Shown: one piece after another, positions 17,837-27,200 of the stretch | Layout: every line of letters begins with the position of its first letter | How positions within the stretch are numbered: position 1 is the stretch's first letter | Source: an uncultured Lachnospiraceae bacterium | GTDB taxonomy: Bacteria > Bacillota > Clostridia > Christensenellales > UBA1242 | Length of the DNA: 64,000 bases | Assembly: GCA_964432825.1 (NCBI GenBank) | Contig: CAYSOX010000001.1 | Location: forward strand, 781-64,780 | Direction of reading: 5' to 3' | Notes under the pieces: generated by a model | Databases searched by the model: none | Told to the model about the DNA's origin: nothing | Seen by the model: only the letters and a program-made list of their open reading frames with translations | Translations under genes and position numbers: made by a program

Positions 17837-19627
17837 ATGAGTGAATTTAAGTTTGATTTAACTTTAGATAAAAATCCAGTTGGTGCTGTGGAGTGTGGGA
17901 AAAATATAGAATACACACTGCATGTGCCTCAAAATGTGTATGCAAAAAGTGTAAAATTGGAACGCGTTTTAGACGGGTCAACCGATTGGGTTGAAAATGA
18001 AATGCAATTTGTGGACTTTTCTGAGGGCTACAAAAATTACAAAGTAACGGTAACCTTCAGCAAAGAGGGATTGTATTGGTATCACTTTAAAATAGAGGGT
18101 AATCAAACTTTAATCATTCAGCAAGGGGCAGACGAAAATTCAGTTTCAATTTCGGACAATCCAAACAATAGTTTTTCGCAAATTATTACCGCAAAAAAGG
18201 TTATTATGCAGTTAAAAGAGTTGGGCGGGGTAATTTACCATATTTTTGTGGATAGATTTGCAAAAAGTGGCAAAGTTACAACCAGACCTAGTCTGGTATA
18301 TAAAGAAAATTGGACAGATAAACCAACCGAAAGTGAAGATTTTGAAATAATCAATAGAGAGTGTTATGGCGGGAACTTGAAGGGAATTATTGAAAAATTG
18401 GACTATATAAAAAGCCTTAATACCAAAGTTATTTATTTAAGTCCTATTTTTTATGCCGAAAGTTATCATAAATACAATACTGCCGATTTTGAAAAAATTG
18501 ACCCAATGTTTGGCAGTTTGGCAGATTTATCCGAACTGGTAAAAAAAGCCAAAGAACGAGATATGATTGTAATTTTGGATGGTGTGTTTAACCATGTCGG
18601 AAGCGATTCAAGGTATTTTAATAAATTCGGTAAATTTTCAGAGGTTGGAGCCTATCAGTCGTTAAAATCCAAGTATGTTGATTGGTTTAATTTTTATGAT
18701 TGGCCAGATAGTTATGAGAAGTGGTGGGGTGTTCCAAGCCTTCCATGTATGAACGAGCAAAATAAAGATTATCGCAAATATATTTGTGGGAAAAACGGAA
18801 TAATTGAAAGATATATGAAACTAGGTGTTGGTGGGTTCCGTCTTGATGTTGTGGATGAGTTAACGGACGATTTTTTAACGGAGATTTGCCAAAAAATATA
18901 TTCTTTGAACCCTAATGCTTTAATTATTGGCGAGGTTTGGGAAGATGCTGCCAAAAAAGTTTCTTACGATAAAAGGCGTCAATATCTTTGGGGACATCAA
19001 TTGAATAGTGTTACAAATTATCCATTAAGAAATGCAATTTTACAATTTTTGAAAACGGGATGTGCTGACGAATATATAAATTGCTTAAACATTGTAAAAG
19101 ACGACTATCCAAAGTTTGTGCAAAGCAATTTGATGAATTTAATAGGCTCTCACGACACCTCAAGAATTATTAATGAAATAGACGCGATTGATACAAATCA
19201 CCGCAAAGAACTTTTAAAGATGGCAACCCTATTAGAGTATGGTTTTATTGGAATTCCAACCATTTTTTATGGTGACGAGGTGGGTGTTCCCAACTTTAAA
19301 GGAAACATTAGCCGAACACCATACCCATGGGGAAAAGAAGATAAAAGTTTTCTTTATTGGTTCAAGTGTATTGGTGAGTTAAGAAGTTTTAAGTCGGTAA
19401 TAAAGGGTAGTTGCACCATTATTGAAAACGAGGGTGGAGTGCTAGTTTTAATGCGTGAATTTGAGGAAGAAAGAGTGTATATTGTTATAAATCATTCAGA
19501 ATCTGACTACAAGTTTAAAACCCTTTCAAAGTTTGTAGAAGTGGTGACGGGTACAAGTTCACCTCAAAAATCCTTCACTGTAAAACCATTTGAATGCTTG
19601 GTGGTAAAGCGTTATCCAAAAGACTAA
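17837..19627 (+). CDS. GH13 alpha-amylase-family glycoside hydrolase (neopullulanase/debranching-type), glycogen-operon member
   Basis: GH13 regions I-IV: DGVFNHVG, GGFRLDVVDEL, IGEVWED and IGSHDTSR. Confidence 0.85.
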   Translation: MSEFKFDLTLDKNPVGAVECGKNIEYTLHVPQNVYAKSVKLERVLDGSTDWVENEMQFVDFSEGYKNYKVTVTFSKEGLYWYHFKIEGNQTLIIQQGADENSVSISDNPNNSFSQIITAKKVIMQLKELGGVIYHIFVDRFAKSGKVTTRPSLVYKENWTDKPTESEDFEIINRECYGGNLKGIIEKLDYIKSLNTKVIYLSPIFYAESYHKYNTADFEKIDPMFGSLADLSELVKKAKERDMIVILDGVFNHVGSDSRYFNKFGKFSEVGAYQSLKSKYVDWFNFYDWPDSYEKWWGVPSLPCMNEQNKDYRKYICGKNGIIERYMKLGVGGFRLDVVDELTDDFLTEICQKIYSLNPNALIIGEVWEDAAKKVSYDKRRQYLWGHQLNSVTNYPLRNAILQFLKTGCADEYINCLNIVKDDYPKFVQSNLMNLIGSHDTSRIINEIDAIDTNHRKELLKMATLLEYGFIGIPTIFYGDEVGVPNFKGNISRTPYPWGKEDKSFLYWFKCIGELRSFKSVIKGSCTIIENEGGVLVLMREFEEERVYIVINHSESDYKFKTLSKFVEVVTGTSSPQKSFTVKPFECLVVKRYPKD

Positions 19628-19690
19628 CCCCCGCAACAAATATGCTTTAACTATATTGTCTAAAGTTGTCGGCAAATAGCATGAGAGAAT

Positions 19691-19822
19691 AAAACACCCA
19701 ACACAGGTTTCCGACTAAGTGACCCTGTCGGGGTTCTGTTTTGGGTGTTTCAACTCAAAAGGAAAGTAAAAATACGGAAAATTATTTCCGTTTATGGTGG
19801 ATATGCAAGCGGAACAATGCCT
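19691..19822 (+). repeat. composite intergenic element copy E2
   Basis: ACACCCAACACAGG..CTGTTTTGGGTGT nested hairpin, then caaaaggaaagtaaaaatacggaaaat, then ..atatgcaagcggaac. About 75% identical by eye to the reverse complement of 23250-23378. Confidence 0.7.
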
Positions 19823-20246
19823 ATTGCATACTTTTTAGCACGTCGGAAACAAGACGCATATCCACAGTGCCGTTATAGTTTTGCTTAAAGTGTTTCATAA
19901 CACTTGGGGTAGATTTGTCTGGAAGGTTTGCAATAATGTTTTTAATTTCATCAGCAGAAAGCATTTTTGGTAGATATACTTCCAAAATTGATTTTTGTTC
20001 GGCAATGTTTTTAACTTGCTCCAAATTTCCAGCCTTTTCAAAATTTTCTTGCTCTTCATTAAGTTCCTTAATGGTTTTTGAAATGATGTTTACCATATCG
20101 GCATCGGTTACGGATTTGCCCGAGGTTCTAGCCTCTACGCTAGCCAAAAGGTGCTTGTTCATAATGATGCTGTAAATGGTACGAGCATTTTTGTTTTTGT
20201 CTTTAATTGCTTGAATGTTTGCGGTTTTAATTGAGTCAATAATCAT
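19821..20246 (-). CDS. GatB/YqeY domain protein
   Basis: 141 aa. The pattern ..AIKDKNK.ART.YS.. and ..EVYLPKMLSADEIKNII..VMKHFK.. is typical of YqeY-like proteins. Confidence 0.8.
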   Translation of the reverse strand: MIIDSIKTANIQAIKDKNKNARTIYSIIMNKHLLASVEARTSGKSVTDADMVNIISKTIKELNEEQENFEKAGNLEQVKNIAEQKSILEVYLPKMLSADEIKNIIANLPDKSTPSVMKHFKQNYNGTVDMRLVSDVLKSMQ

Positions 20247-20434
20247 AATTTTTCTCCTTTAATATACAAATAGTATAGCACAGAATTATACAAAATAAAA
20301 GCAAATTTATGCTTATAATAAAGAAACTTTTGTGATATAATTTTTCTAAAATTTAACGAAACTTTCACTTATAATTTGTTGTAAATAATATAATGATTGT
20401 GTTATACTAAAATGCATTAAAGGGGGGTTTTTGT

Positions 20435-23212
20435 ATGTTAGAATTAAAAGATATTAAGAAAATATACGAAACTAAAGATTTAAGAGTCGAAGCCCTAAAA
20501 GGAATAAACATCCAATTTAGAGAAAGCGAATTTGTATCTATTTTAGGCCCGTCGGGTTGTGGTAAAACTACTTTTTTAAATATTGTTGGTGGTCTAGACA
20601 AGTACACTTCGGGCGATTTGGTGATAAACGGAAAAAGCACCAAAGATTTTTCTGACCGTGATTGGGACTCATACAGAAACCACACAATAGGCTTTGTGTT
20701 CCAAAGTTATAACTTGATTCCGCATCAAACGGTTTTGCAAAATGTAGAACTTGCATTAACCTTGTCGGGGATAAGTGGTGAAGAACGAAAGCGTCGTGCA
20801 ACAGAAGCACTTGAAAAGGTTGGATTAAAAGACAAATTAAAAAGTAAGCCAAATCAACTTTCGGGTGGGCAGATGCAAAGAGTTGCAATTGCAAGAGCAT
20901 TGGTAAACAATCCGGATATTGTACTTGCGGATGAGCCCACAGGTGCATTAGATAGTAAAACCAGTGTTCAGGTTATGGAGTTATTGCGAGAAATTGCCAA
21001 GGAAAAATTGGTTATTATGGTAACGCATAATCCGAGTCTTGCCGAACAATACAGCACAAGAATAATTAAGTTTTTGGATGGTGAGTTGGTGGATGACAGC
21101 AACCCTCTTTCAGACTTTGAAAAATCCTTAATAGAGGATAGAAATATTAAAATGAAAGAGGAGCGTTTGTTAGAAAAATCTTCAACTTCCAAAAGACTTA
21201 AAAAAGGAAAGAGAGAGCGTACTTTTAAGCGAACTTCAATGTCTTTCTTTACCGCTCTCGGATTGTCTTTTAAAAACCTATTAACCAAGAAAACCCGAAC
21301 ACTTTTGGTGGCGTTTGCTGGAAGTATTGGGATATTTGGAATTGCTTTAATTTTGGCACTTTCAAGCGGGTTCCAAAGTTATATAAATAAAACACAAGAG
21401 GATACACTTTCTAGTTATCCAATAACCATTACGCAGTCTAATGCCGACTTTATGAGTATGGCAATGTCAATATTTGTAAATCGAAACAATGTTGAGCATA
21501 ATGCCGATGCCGTTTATGGTGGGGACACAATGTCGGGGCTATTTGAAACAGCGTCTAAGCAACTTTCAAAAGTAAATGATTTGGATTCTTTTAAAAGTTA
21601 TTTGGAAGAACACAAAGGTGAACTAGGGGACAATTTGAGCGCTATTCAATATACCTATGACTTAAGTCTTGCAAGTTCGTCAGGCGGAATGATGTCTTCA
21701 ATGACAGGTGGTGGAACAACGAGTGATTTGTTGTCGGTGTATTTGCCAAGTGGGGGAGAGATTAAGCCAAAGTCTCCAGCACTTTACGAACTTATTACTA
21801 TGTATACTGTAGTTTATCTAGAAAGCGAATTTCCTATGGAAGTAACCTATGCGGATGGAAAGTTTAATATTAAAGTCACCAACGAAACGGGCAAAACTTA
21901 CTCAACCGATTATGCAAAAGGCTTTTTAGTTAAATATATTGGTCTTGCGGGCGACAAAATTCAAGATGCAACAAATAAAATAAGTGCAATAAATTCGGGA
22001 GAGGTTGTTGAATTTACCGAAAAGGAATTTAATGCAATTGTAGGTGGGGCAATGGGTGTAAACCTTGATGCCTACCGAGAAATGGACTTAGGCTCATTTA
22101 ACGAAATGATAGACAACCTCACACTTTTAAAAAGCCAATATGAATTACTTGGAAACAACAGCAAGTGGGCAACCGAAGAAAATGAAGTTATGTTGATATT
22201 AAACTCAAATTCCGAATTGGATGACTATATTTTATATGCTTTAGGTTTGTATTCTAAAGAAAATATGGAAAGCCATTTAAGGAGTTTGTTTACCGAAAGC
22301 AAGACAACAATTAAGATTGATTATGATGATATTTTAGGCAAAGAGTTTAAAATATTGTTAAATTCCGATTATTATGTAGATTTGGATAATTCGGGAACGC
22401 TTACTGATATTAGAACACTTCAAAGTGCAAATCCAGAAAGATATGAAGAGGAGTTTAACAAACTTTTAGCAAGTACCGATGCTGGCAAAACCATCAAAAT
22501 AGTTGGTATTGCAAGAATGAACGAGTCTACAACGGCAGGGTCGTTAAGTACCGGCCTTTGCTACACCTCAAAATTGACAAATGCTTTAATTGAAAAATAT
22601 AATAGTTCAACTCCGGTTAGTCAAAACAAGATTTCTCCAATAAGCAAAACTCCAAGGTCAATAAGTTTTTACGCTTCGACTTTTGAGGCAAAAGAGGAGA
22701 TTGAAAAGTTTATAAATACTTACAACGAGGGTGTTGAAGAAGAAAAGAAAATTGAATATACCGATTATATTGGTTTAATGATGGGTGCAGTGTCAACAAT
22801 TATTTCTGCCATAAGTTATGTTTTAATTGCCTTTGTATCGGTTTCTCTTTTGGTTTCTTCAATTATGATAGGAATTATTACCTATATTTCCGTGCTTGAA
22901 AGAATTAAAGAAATTGGAATTTTGCGTGCTGTTGGTGCAAGTAAGCGTGATATAAAACGAGTGTTTACAGCCGAAACTTTGATTATTGGTATAATTGCTG
23001 GGCTTATTGGTGTTGGATTTTCAGCACTTTGCACAATCCCTATAAATATTATAATAGATAGCCTAGCAGGGATTGGAAATGTCGCAAAATTGCCAGTGCT
23101 TGGCGCGATAGTGCTTGTTGCCATAAGTATGCTCTTAACCTTTATTGCGGGGCTAATTCCGGCAAAAATCGCCTCTAAAAAGGACCCAGTAATAGCATTA
23201 AGGTCGGAATAG
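20435..23212 (+). CDS. fused ABC transporter ATPase/FtsX-type permease (MacB-like) with ~430-aa extracytoplasmic domain
   Basis: Walker A GPSGCGKTT, signature LSGGQMQRVAIARAL, Walker B LADEPTGALD. C-terminal FtsX-like TM bundle ending ..PAKIASKKDPVIALRSE. Confidence 0.9.
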   Translation: MLELKDIKKIYETKDLRVEALKGINIQFRESEFVSILGPSGCGKTTFLNIVGGLDKYTSGDLVINGKSTKDFSDRDWDSYRNHTIGFVFQSYNLIPHQTVLQNVELALTLSGISGEERKRRATEALEKVGLKDKLKSKPNQLSGGQMQRVAIARALVNNPDIVLADEPTGALDSKTSVQVMELLREIAKEKLVIMVTHNPSLAEQYSTRIIKFLDGELVDDSNPLSDFEKSLIEDRNIKMKEERLLEKSSTSKRLKKGKRERTFKRTSMSFFTALGLSFKNLLTKKTRTLLVAFAGSIGIFGIALILALSSGFQSYINKTQEDTLSSYPITITQSNADFMSMAMSIFVNRNNVEHNADAVYGGDTMSGLFETASKQLSKVNDLDSFKSYLEEHKGELGDNLSAIQYTYDLSLASSSGGMMSSMTGGGTTSDLLSVYLPSGGEIKPKSPALYELITMYTVVYLESEFPMEVTYADGKFNIKVTNETGKTYSTDYAKGFLVKYIGLAGDKIQDATNKISAINSGEVVEFTEKEFNAIVGGAMGVNLDAYREMDLGSFNEMIDNLTLLKSQYELLGNNSKWATEENEVMLILNSNSELDDYILYALGLYSKENMESHLRSLFTESKTTIKIDYDDILGKEFKILLNSDYYVDLDNSGTLTDIRTLQSANPERYEEEFNKLLASTDAGKTIKIVGIARMNESTTAGSLSTGLCYTSKLTNALIEKYNSSTPVSQNKISPISKTPRSISFYASTFEAKEEIEKFINTYNEGVEEEKKIEYTDYIGLMMGAVSTIISAISYVLIAFVSVSLLVSSIMIGIITYISVLERIKEIGILRAVGASKRDIKRVFTAETLIIGIIAGLIGVGFSALCTIPINIIIDSLAGIGNVAKLPVLGAIVLVAISMLLTFIAGLIPAKIASKKDPVIALRSE

Positions 23213-23217
23213 TTTTT

Positions 23218-23378
23218 ATTCCAACCGCCTAAGCCGGACGGTTGGAATGTTTATATTCCGCTTGCATATTCGGACAAGCGGAACAGATTAGCCGTATCTT
23301 TATTTATCTTTTGGGCTAAAACCCCGAAACAGAACCGCCAATGTAACAATACAATTGGGAACCTGTTTCGGGTTTTTT
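23218..23378 (-). repeat. composite intergenic element copy E3 (inverted relative to E2)
   Basis: attccaaccgcctaagccggacggttggaat hairpin, ttccgcttgcatattcggacaagcggaa hairpin, ccgtatctttatttatcttttggg box and a nested hairpin accccgaaacag..cctgtttcgggt. Confidence 0.7.
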
Positions 23379-23803
23379 ATATCCAAAATCTAAACAAGTC
23401 TACCAGGAAGTGCCACAATGGAAGAAAGTTTTAAATGTTAAAAGTTTGATACCTAAAATAAATTTTGTTGCAACCTATTTGGTCTTTCCCTCAAAAATCC
23501 AAACAAACTTAGTGGTGCAGTTCTCTGTATTGAGGGTTTATAAAACATTAAATATTCTTATATTATTCGCATAAAGACTTGCCATATGGTGAAGAATTTT
23601 ACCCGCAAAAGTTACTACAAATATTGTAGGGGTGGATAGAGTCCGCCTTAAACACCAATAATTTGAGGTTTGTGTAATTTTATTGTTTATTTGAAATAAA
23701 CATCGCGCGTGGTAAATATTTTGATTTTAGGTGTTGAGATATATCAATTTTTTTGATTTTCGACAAAATTTTTAACAAATTTTGCGAATTTTGGTTTAAA
23801 CTA

Positions 23804-23832
23804 TTGACATATAATTATTTAGGTGGTAAAAT
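23804..23832 (+). promoter_or_regulatory. sigma-70-type promoter upstream of tRNA-fMet
   Basis: TTGACA, 17-nt spacer, TAAAAT, about 33 nt before the tRNA 5' end. Confidence 0.55.
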
Positions 23833-23864
23833 AAATTCAAGTAACTTGAGGTTACACATAATAT

Positions 23865-23941
23865 CGCGGAGTAGAGCAGCCCGGAAGCTCGTTGGGCTCA
23901 TAACCCAAAGGTCAGTGGTTCAAATCCACTCTCCGCAACCA
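23865..23941 (+). tRNA. initiator tRNA-fMet (CAT)
   Basis: 77 nt. Position-by-position match to bacterial tRNA-fMet architecture: CGCGGAG acceptor with C1:A72 mismatch, GAGC/GCTC D stem, three G:C pairs closing the anticodon stem (GGG CTCATAA CCC), TTCAAAT T-loop and encoded CCA. Confidence 0.93.
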
Positions 23942-23947
23942 TGAAAA

Positions 23948-23982
23948 TTAGCAAGTCTATTAGTGACTTGCTAATTTTAATT
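23948..23982 (+). terminator. intrinsic terminator after tRNA-fMet (duplicated at 24158-24192)
   Basis: ttagcaagtc / gacttgctaa 10-bp stem followed by ttttaatt. Confidence 0.7.
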
Positions 23983-24073
23983 TTCAACAATCGAAAATGA
24001 TTTTTACGTTGTTTTACATTGTTAACAAATTATATATTGTAGCCGTGGATTTGTCTTAACAGAAAGTTAATAT

Positions 24074-24151
24074 CGCGGAGTAGAGCAGTCCGGAAGCCCG
24101 CCCCCGCTCATAACCCAAAGGTCAGTGGTTCAAATCCACTCTCCGCAACCA
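24074..24151 (+). pseudogene. corrupted tandem copy of tRNA-fMet (anticodon and D stems disrupted)
   Basis: Identical to copy 1 except GCTCGTTGGG is replaced by GCCCGCCCCCG. The 5' anticodon-stem strand CCCCCG cannot pair with CCCAA, and the D stem gains an A:C mismatch. The whole 124-nt unit, including the terminator, is duplicated (23859-23982 vs 24068-24192). Confidence 0.75.
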
Positions 24152-24461
24152 TGAAAATTAGCAAGTCTATTAGTGACTTGCTAATTTTAATTGTTAAATA
24201 AATATCCACCAACTAAGCAGGTGGATATTTATTATTTTATTTAGTTTGTTTTTTAAATTCTATTTTCTTTGTATAGTTTAATTTGAATTTTGTTTAGTTT
24301 ATTTTACTTAGGCGTGTGATTGTCTGATCGAGCGAAGCGATAGCACTTGTAAAAGACCGCGCACACGCCTAAATGCCATTTTAATATTATTTAGAAAATT
24401 TTAATTTTTAGATACAGATAAGTAATAGATGTGTTATAATATCTCATATAGGAGAAAATAT

Positions 24462-25292
24462 ATGTCTAATATAAAAGTTTTTGAAGATAAGAAGATTAGA
24501 ACTCAGTGGAACGACGAGGAAGAAGACTGGTATTTTTCGGTTGTCGATGTAATTACTGCATTGACGGATAGTGTTGACCCAACAGCATATTGGAGAAAGT
24601 TAAAACAACGATTAAAAGATGAGGGAAATGAAACCGTGACAAATTGTCACGCTTTGAAGATGTTTGCAAAAGATGGGAAATCAAGACTAACAGATGTTGT
24701 AAACACAAAAGATTTATTGCGATTAATTCAATCAATCCCTAGCAAAAAGGCAGAGCCATTTAAAATGTGGCTAGCACAAGTTGGAAGTGAGCGACTTGAC
24801 GAAATTGCTGACCCTGAAAAAGCAATTATTCGTGGTGCAGATTTTTATCGTGCAAAAGGTTATACAGATGGCTGGATAAACCAAAGACTTTAAACCATTG
24901 AAATGCGAAAAGAACTCACAGATGAATGGAAAGCCCGTGGTGTGACTGGGGAAAAAGATTATGCAATTTTAACCAACGAAATGACAAAGGCTTGGAGTGG
25001 ATTATCTGTTCAAGAGTATAAAAAAGTTAAAGGCTTGAAAAAAGAAAATTTGCGTGATAATATGACTAATATTGAACTTGTCTTAAATATGCTTGCAGAA
25101 GTTACTACAACTGCTCTCTCAAAGCAAGAGAAACCAAAAACTTTTAGTGAAAGCAAACAAATTGCAAAGCGTGGTGGTGGGGTCGCAAATACAGCCAAAA
25201 AAGAATATGAAAAGGCATTAGGTCAAAAGGTTGTAAGTCCACTAAATGCTCAAAATAAGAATTTGCTGGAAATCAAATCAGACGGTGAATAA
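24462..25292 (+). pseudogene. Bro-N / DinD-like protein interrupted by one in-frame TAA (24891-24893)
   Basis: ORFs 24429-24893 and 24903-25292 are in the same frame. The junction reads ..GWINQRL*TIEMRKELTDEW... From memory, intact homologues read through a Lys here. Extended -10 tgttataat and RBS aggag precede the ATG at 24462. Confidence 0.7.
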
Positions 25293-25313
25293 TGAGAGAT
25301 GAGGATAAAATGA

Positions 25314-25796
25314 ATGAAAATAGAAGAAATGAAAGAAAATCATTTTGAAGAAGTAAAAAATCTATTGGTTGAGTTGCAAGAATTTATTATTGAAATTGAT
25401 AATTTTAATTTAAACACTATTTCAAATGATTACAGAGAAAAATATTTTGAATTTATGTTAAAAGATTGCAAAGATAACAAAGGCAAAGTTTTTGTAGCAA
25501 TTGAAAATGAAAAAAACATTGGAATGATTGCTGGTTTTGTTCAAAATTATGATAAAAGAGATAGTCTTGATTATACCTGCCCTAAAAAAGGACTTATTGC
25601 CGAACTTATCGTAGGCAAAAATGCAAGATGTGGTGGTGTTGGAACAAAGTTACTAAGAGCAATGGAAGAATATTTTAAATCTATAAGTTGTGAATACTCA
25701 CAACTTGATGTGTTTGCACCAAATGAAAATGCTAAAAAGTTTTACCACAAAAATGGCTATCAAGATAGAATGATAACCATGTTTAAAAAATTATAA
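25314..25796 (+). CDS. GNAT family N-acetyltransferase
   Basis: 160 aa. Acetyl-CoA-binding-type motif ..RCGGVGTKLLRAMEEY.. and a C-terminal ..FYHKNGY.. motif. Confidence 0.8.
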   Translation: MKIEEMKENHFEEVKNLLVELQEFIIEIDNFNLNTISNDYREKYFEFMLKDCKDNKGKVFVAIENEKNIGMIAGFVQNYDKRDSLDYTCPKKGLIAELIVGKNARCGGVGTKLLRAMEEYFKSISCEYSQLDVFAPNENAKKFYHKNGYQDRMITMFKKL

Positions 25797-25805
25797 GGAG
25801 TTTTT

Positions 25806-26342
25806 ATGGAACATATTGGAACAAAAGAATTAATTTCAAATAGACTATGTTTGCGAAAATTTTCTCAAAATGACTCAAAAGAAATATTTGAAGGTTTTAG
25901 AAATCAAGAAGAGTTTTTGTATTATACAAATAAAAATAAAGTTACTCTTGAAGAACAAATTAATTCATTAAAAGATATTGATGAAAAATATAAAAATAAT
26001 GATTACTATAATTGGCTTATAACTTTAAAAGACACAAAACAAATAATTGGCGCAATCAATTTTAATGTGAATTTACGAAATGATAGCGTTATGTTTAACT
26101 ATGCCATAGATAATCGTTTTACTGGCAATGGATATATGACAGAAGCATTAGAAGTTGTTAAAAATTTTGCTTTTGGCAAAATGAAAGTTCATCGTTTTGA
26201 AGGTGGTTGCGTTGTTGCAAATATTGCTTCAAAACGAGTAATGGAAAAATGCGGACTTATTCAAGAAGGTATACTAAAAGACTATGTGAAGTTAGGTGAT
26301 GGCTATCACGATATGTATATGTTTGCTATTGTAAATAATTAA
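25806..26342 (+). CDS. GNAT family N-acetyltransferase (RimJ/RimL-like)
   Basis: 178 aa. L.LRKF..ND start, ..RFTGNGYMTEALEVV.. and ..NIASKRVMEKCGL..EG.. are typical of the RimJ/RimL subgroup. Confidence 0.8.
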   Translation: MEHIGTKELISNRLCLRKFSQNDSKEIFEGFRNQEEFLYYTNKNKVTLEEQINSLKDIDEKYKNNDYYNWLITLKDTKQIIGAINFNVNLRNDSVMFNYAIDNRFTGNGYMTEALEVVKNFAFGKMKVHRFEGGCVVANIASKRVMEKCGLIQEGILKDYVKLGDGYHDMYMFAIVNN

Positions 26343-26360
26343 TTCAACAAGGAGAAAATT

Positions 26361-26768
26361 ATGATAAAACAAGAAATTGATTTAAACTTGGAGAGTAATG
26401 AAAGAACTTTTGAAAATGACACTATGATTGCTGTAAAATCAAATAACTTGAAAAATAATACATTTGTTGGCTCTTATGTTATAATTCCAAAGTCGCAAGT
26501 GCCTACTCCATTTGATTTGTCAGACAAAGAATGGATGGATTCAAAAGCCTTACTTAAAGAATTAAAAGAATATTTAGATGAAAAATATAAACCAGACGGA
26601 TATAATATTGGTTGGAATGTCGGAAAAGTTGGCGGACAAGAAGTTGCCCATGCACATATGCATGTAATTCCAAGATATGCTGACGAACCATATGCTGGCA
26701 GAGGTTTGAGATACTGGTTTAAACGATCTGAAAACATTAGAGCATCTCTTAAAATTTTTGACCAATAA
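26361..26768 (+). CDS. HIT family protein
   Basis: Histidine triad HAHMHVIPR near the C-terminus. Confidence 0.85.
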   Translation: MIKQEIDLNLESNERTFENDTMIAVKSNNLKNNTFVGSYVIIPKSQVPTPFDLSDKEWMDSKALLKELKEYLDEKYKPDGYNIGWNVGKVGGQEVAHAHMHVIPRYADEPYAGRGLRYWFKRSENIRASLKIFDQ

Positions 26769-27200
26769 AAACTTATGTGAAATAGATTTTAATTTATTTT
26801 TTAGATATTAACAAAAAAAGAAATCTTACATTTTTAGTTGGATTCCTTTTTTTTCTGCTAGTTTCAAAAGATATTAGCATTGGGGTTGTATTTTTTTAAT
26901 TTTAAAAAAACAGATAGTGAAATGTGAATTATGTATTGGGAGTGAATTTGCGAAGTGGGGTATTGGGGTTAGTTTAGCGGTGTTGTACACTAGTTACCAT
27001 ATAATTAGCGCCACTATTTTGGAGTATTTGGTGGTGCTCAATGGTATTATACATTGTTTCTGTATACTTAGTGACATTATTTAGTGGGGTAGTTTAGCGC
27101 CAATATCATATTAATAAAGAAACTTTTAGGTTAAGATGTTAAAATGGTTGCTTTTAGTTGTTTTTACTATTATGCATTATATAAATTTATCAAAAATATT

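Noticed and set aside
24891-24893. In-frame TAA as evidence of an alternative genetic code.
   Set aside because: All conserved genes in the window are uninterrupted under the standard code. TAA terminates many of them at the expected position (rpoA, rplQ, folD, dnaB and others). A single nonsense mutation or a sequencing error is the simpler explanation.
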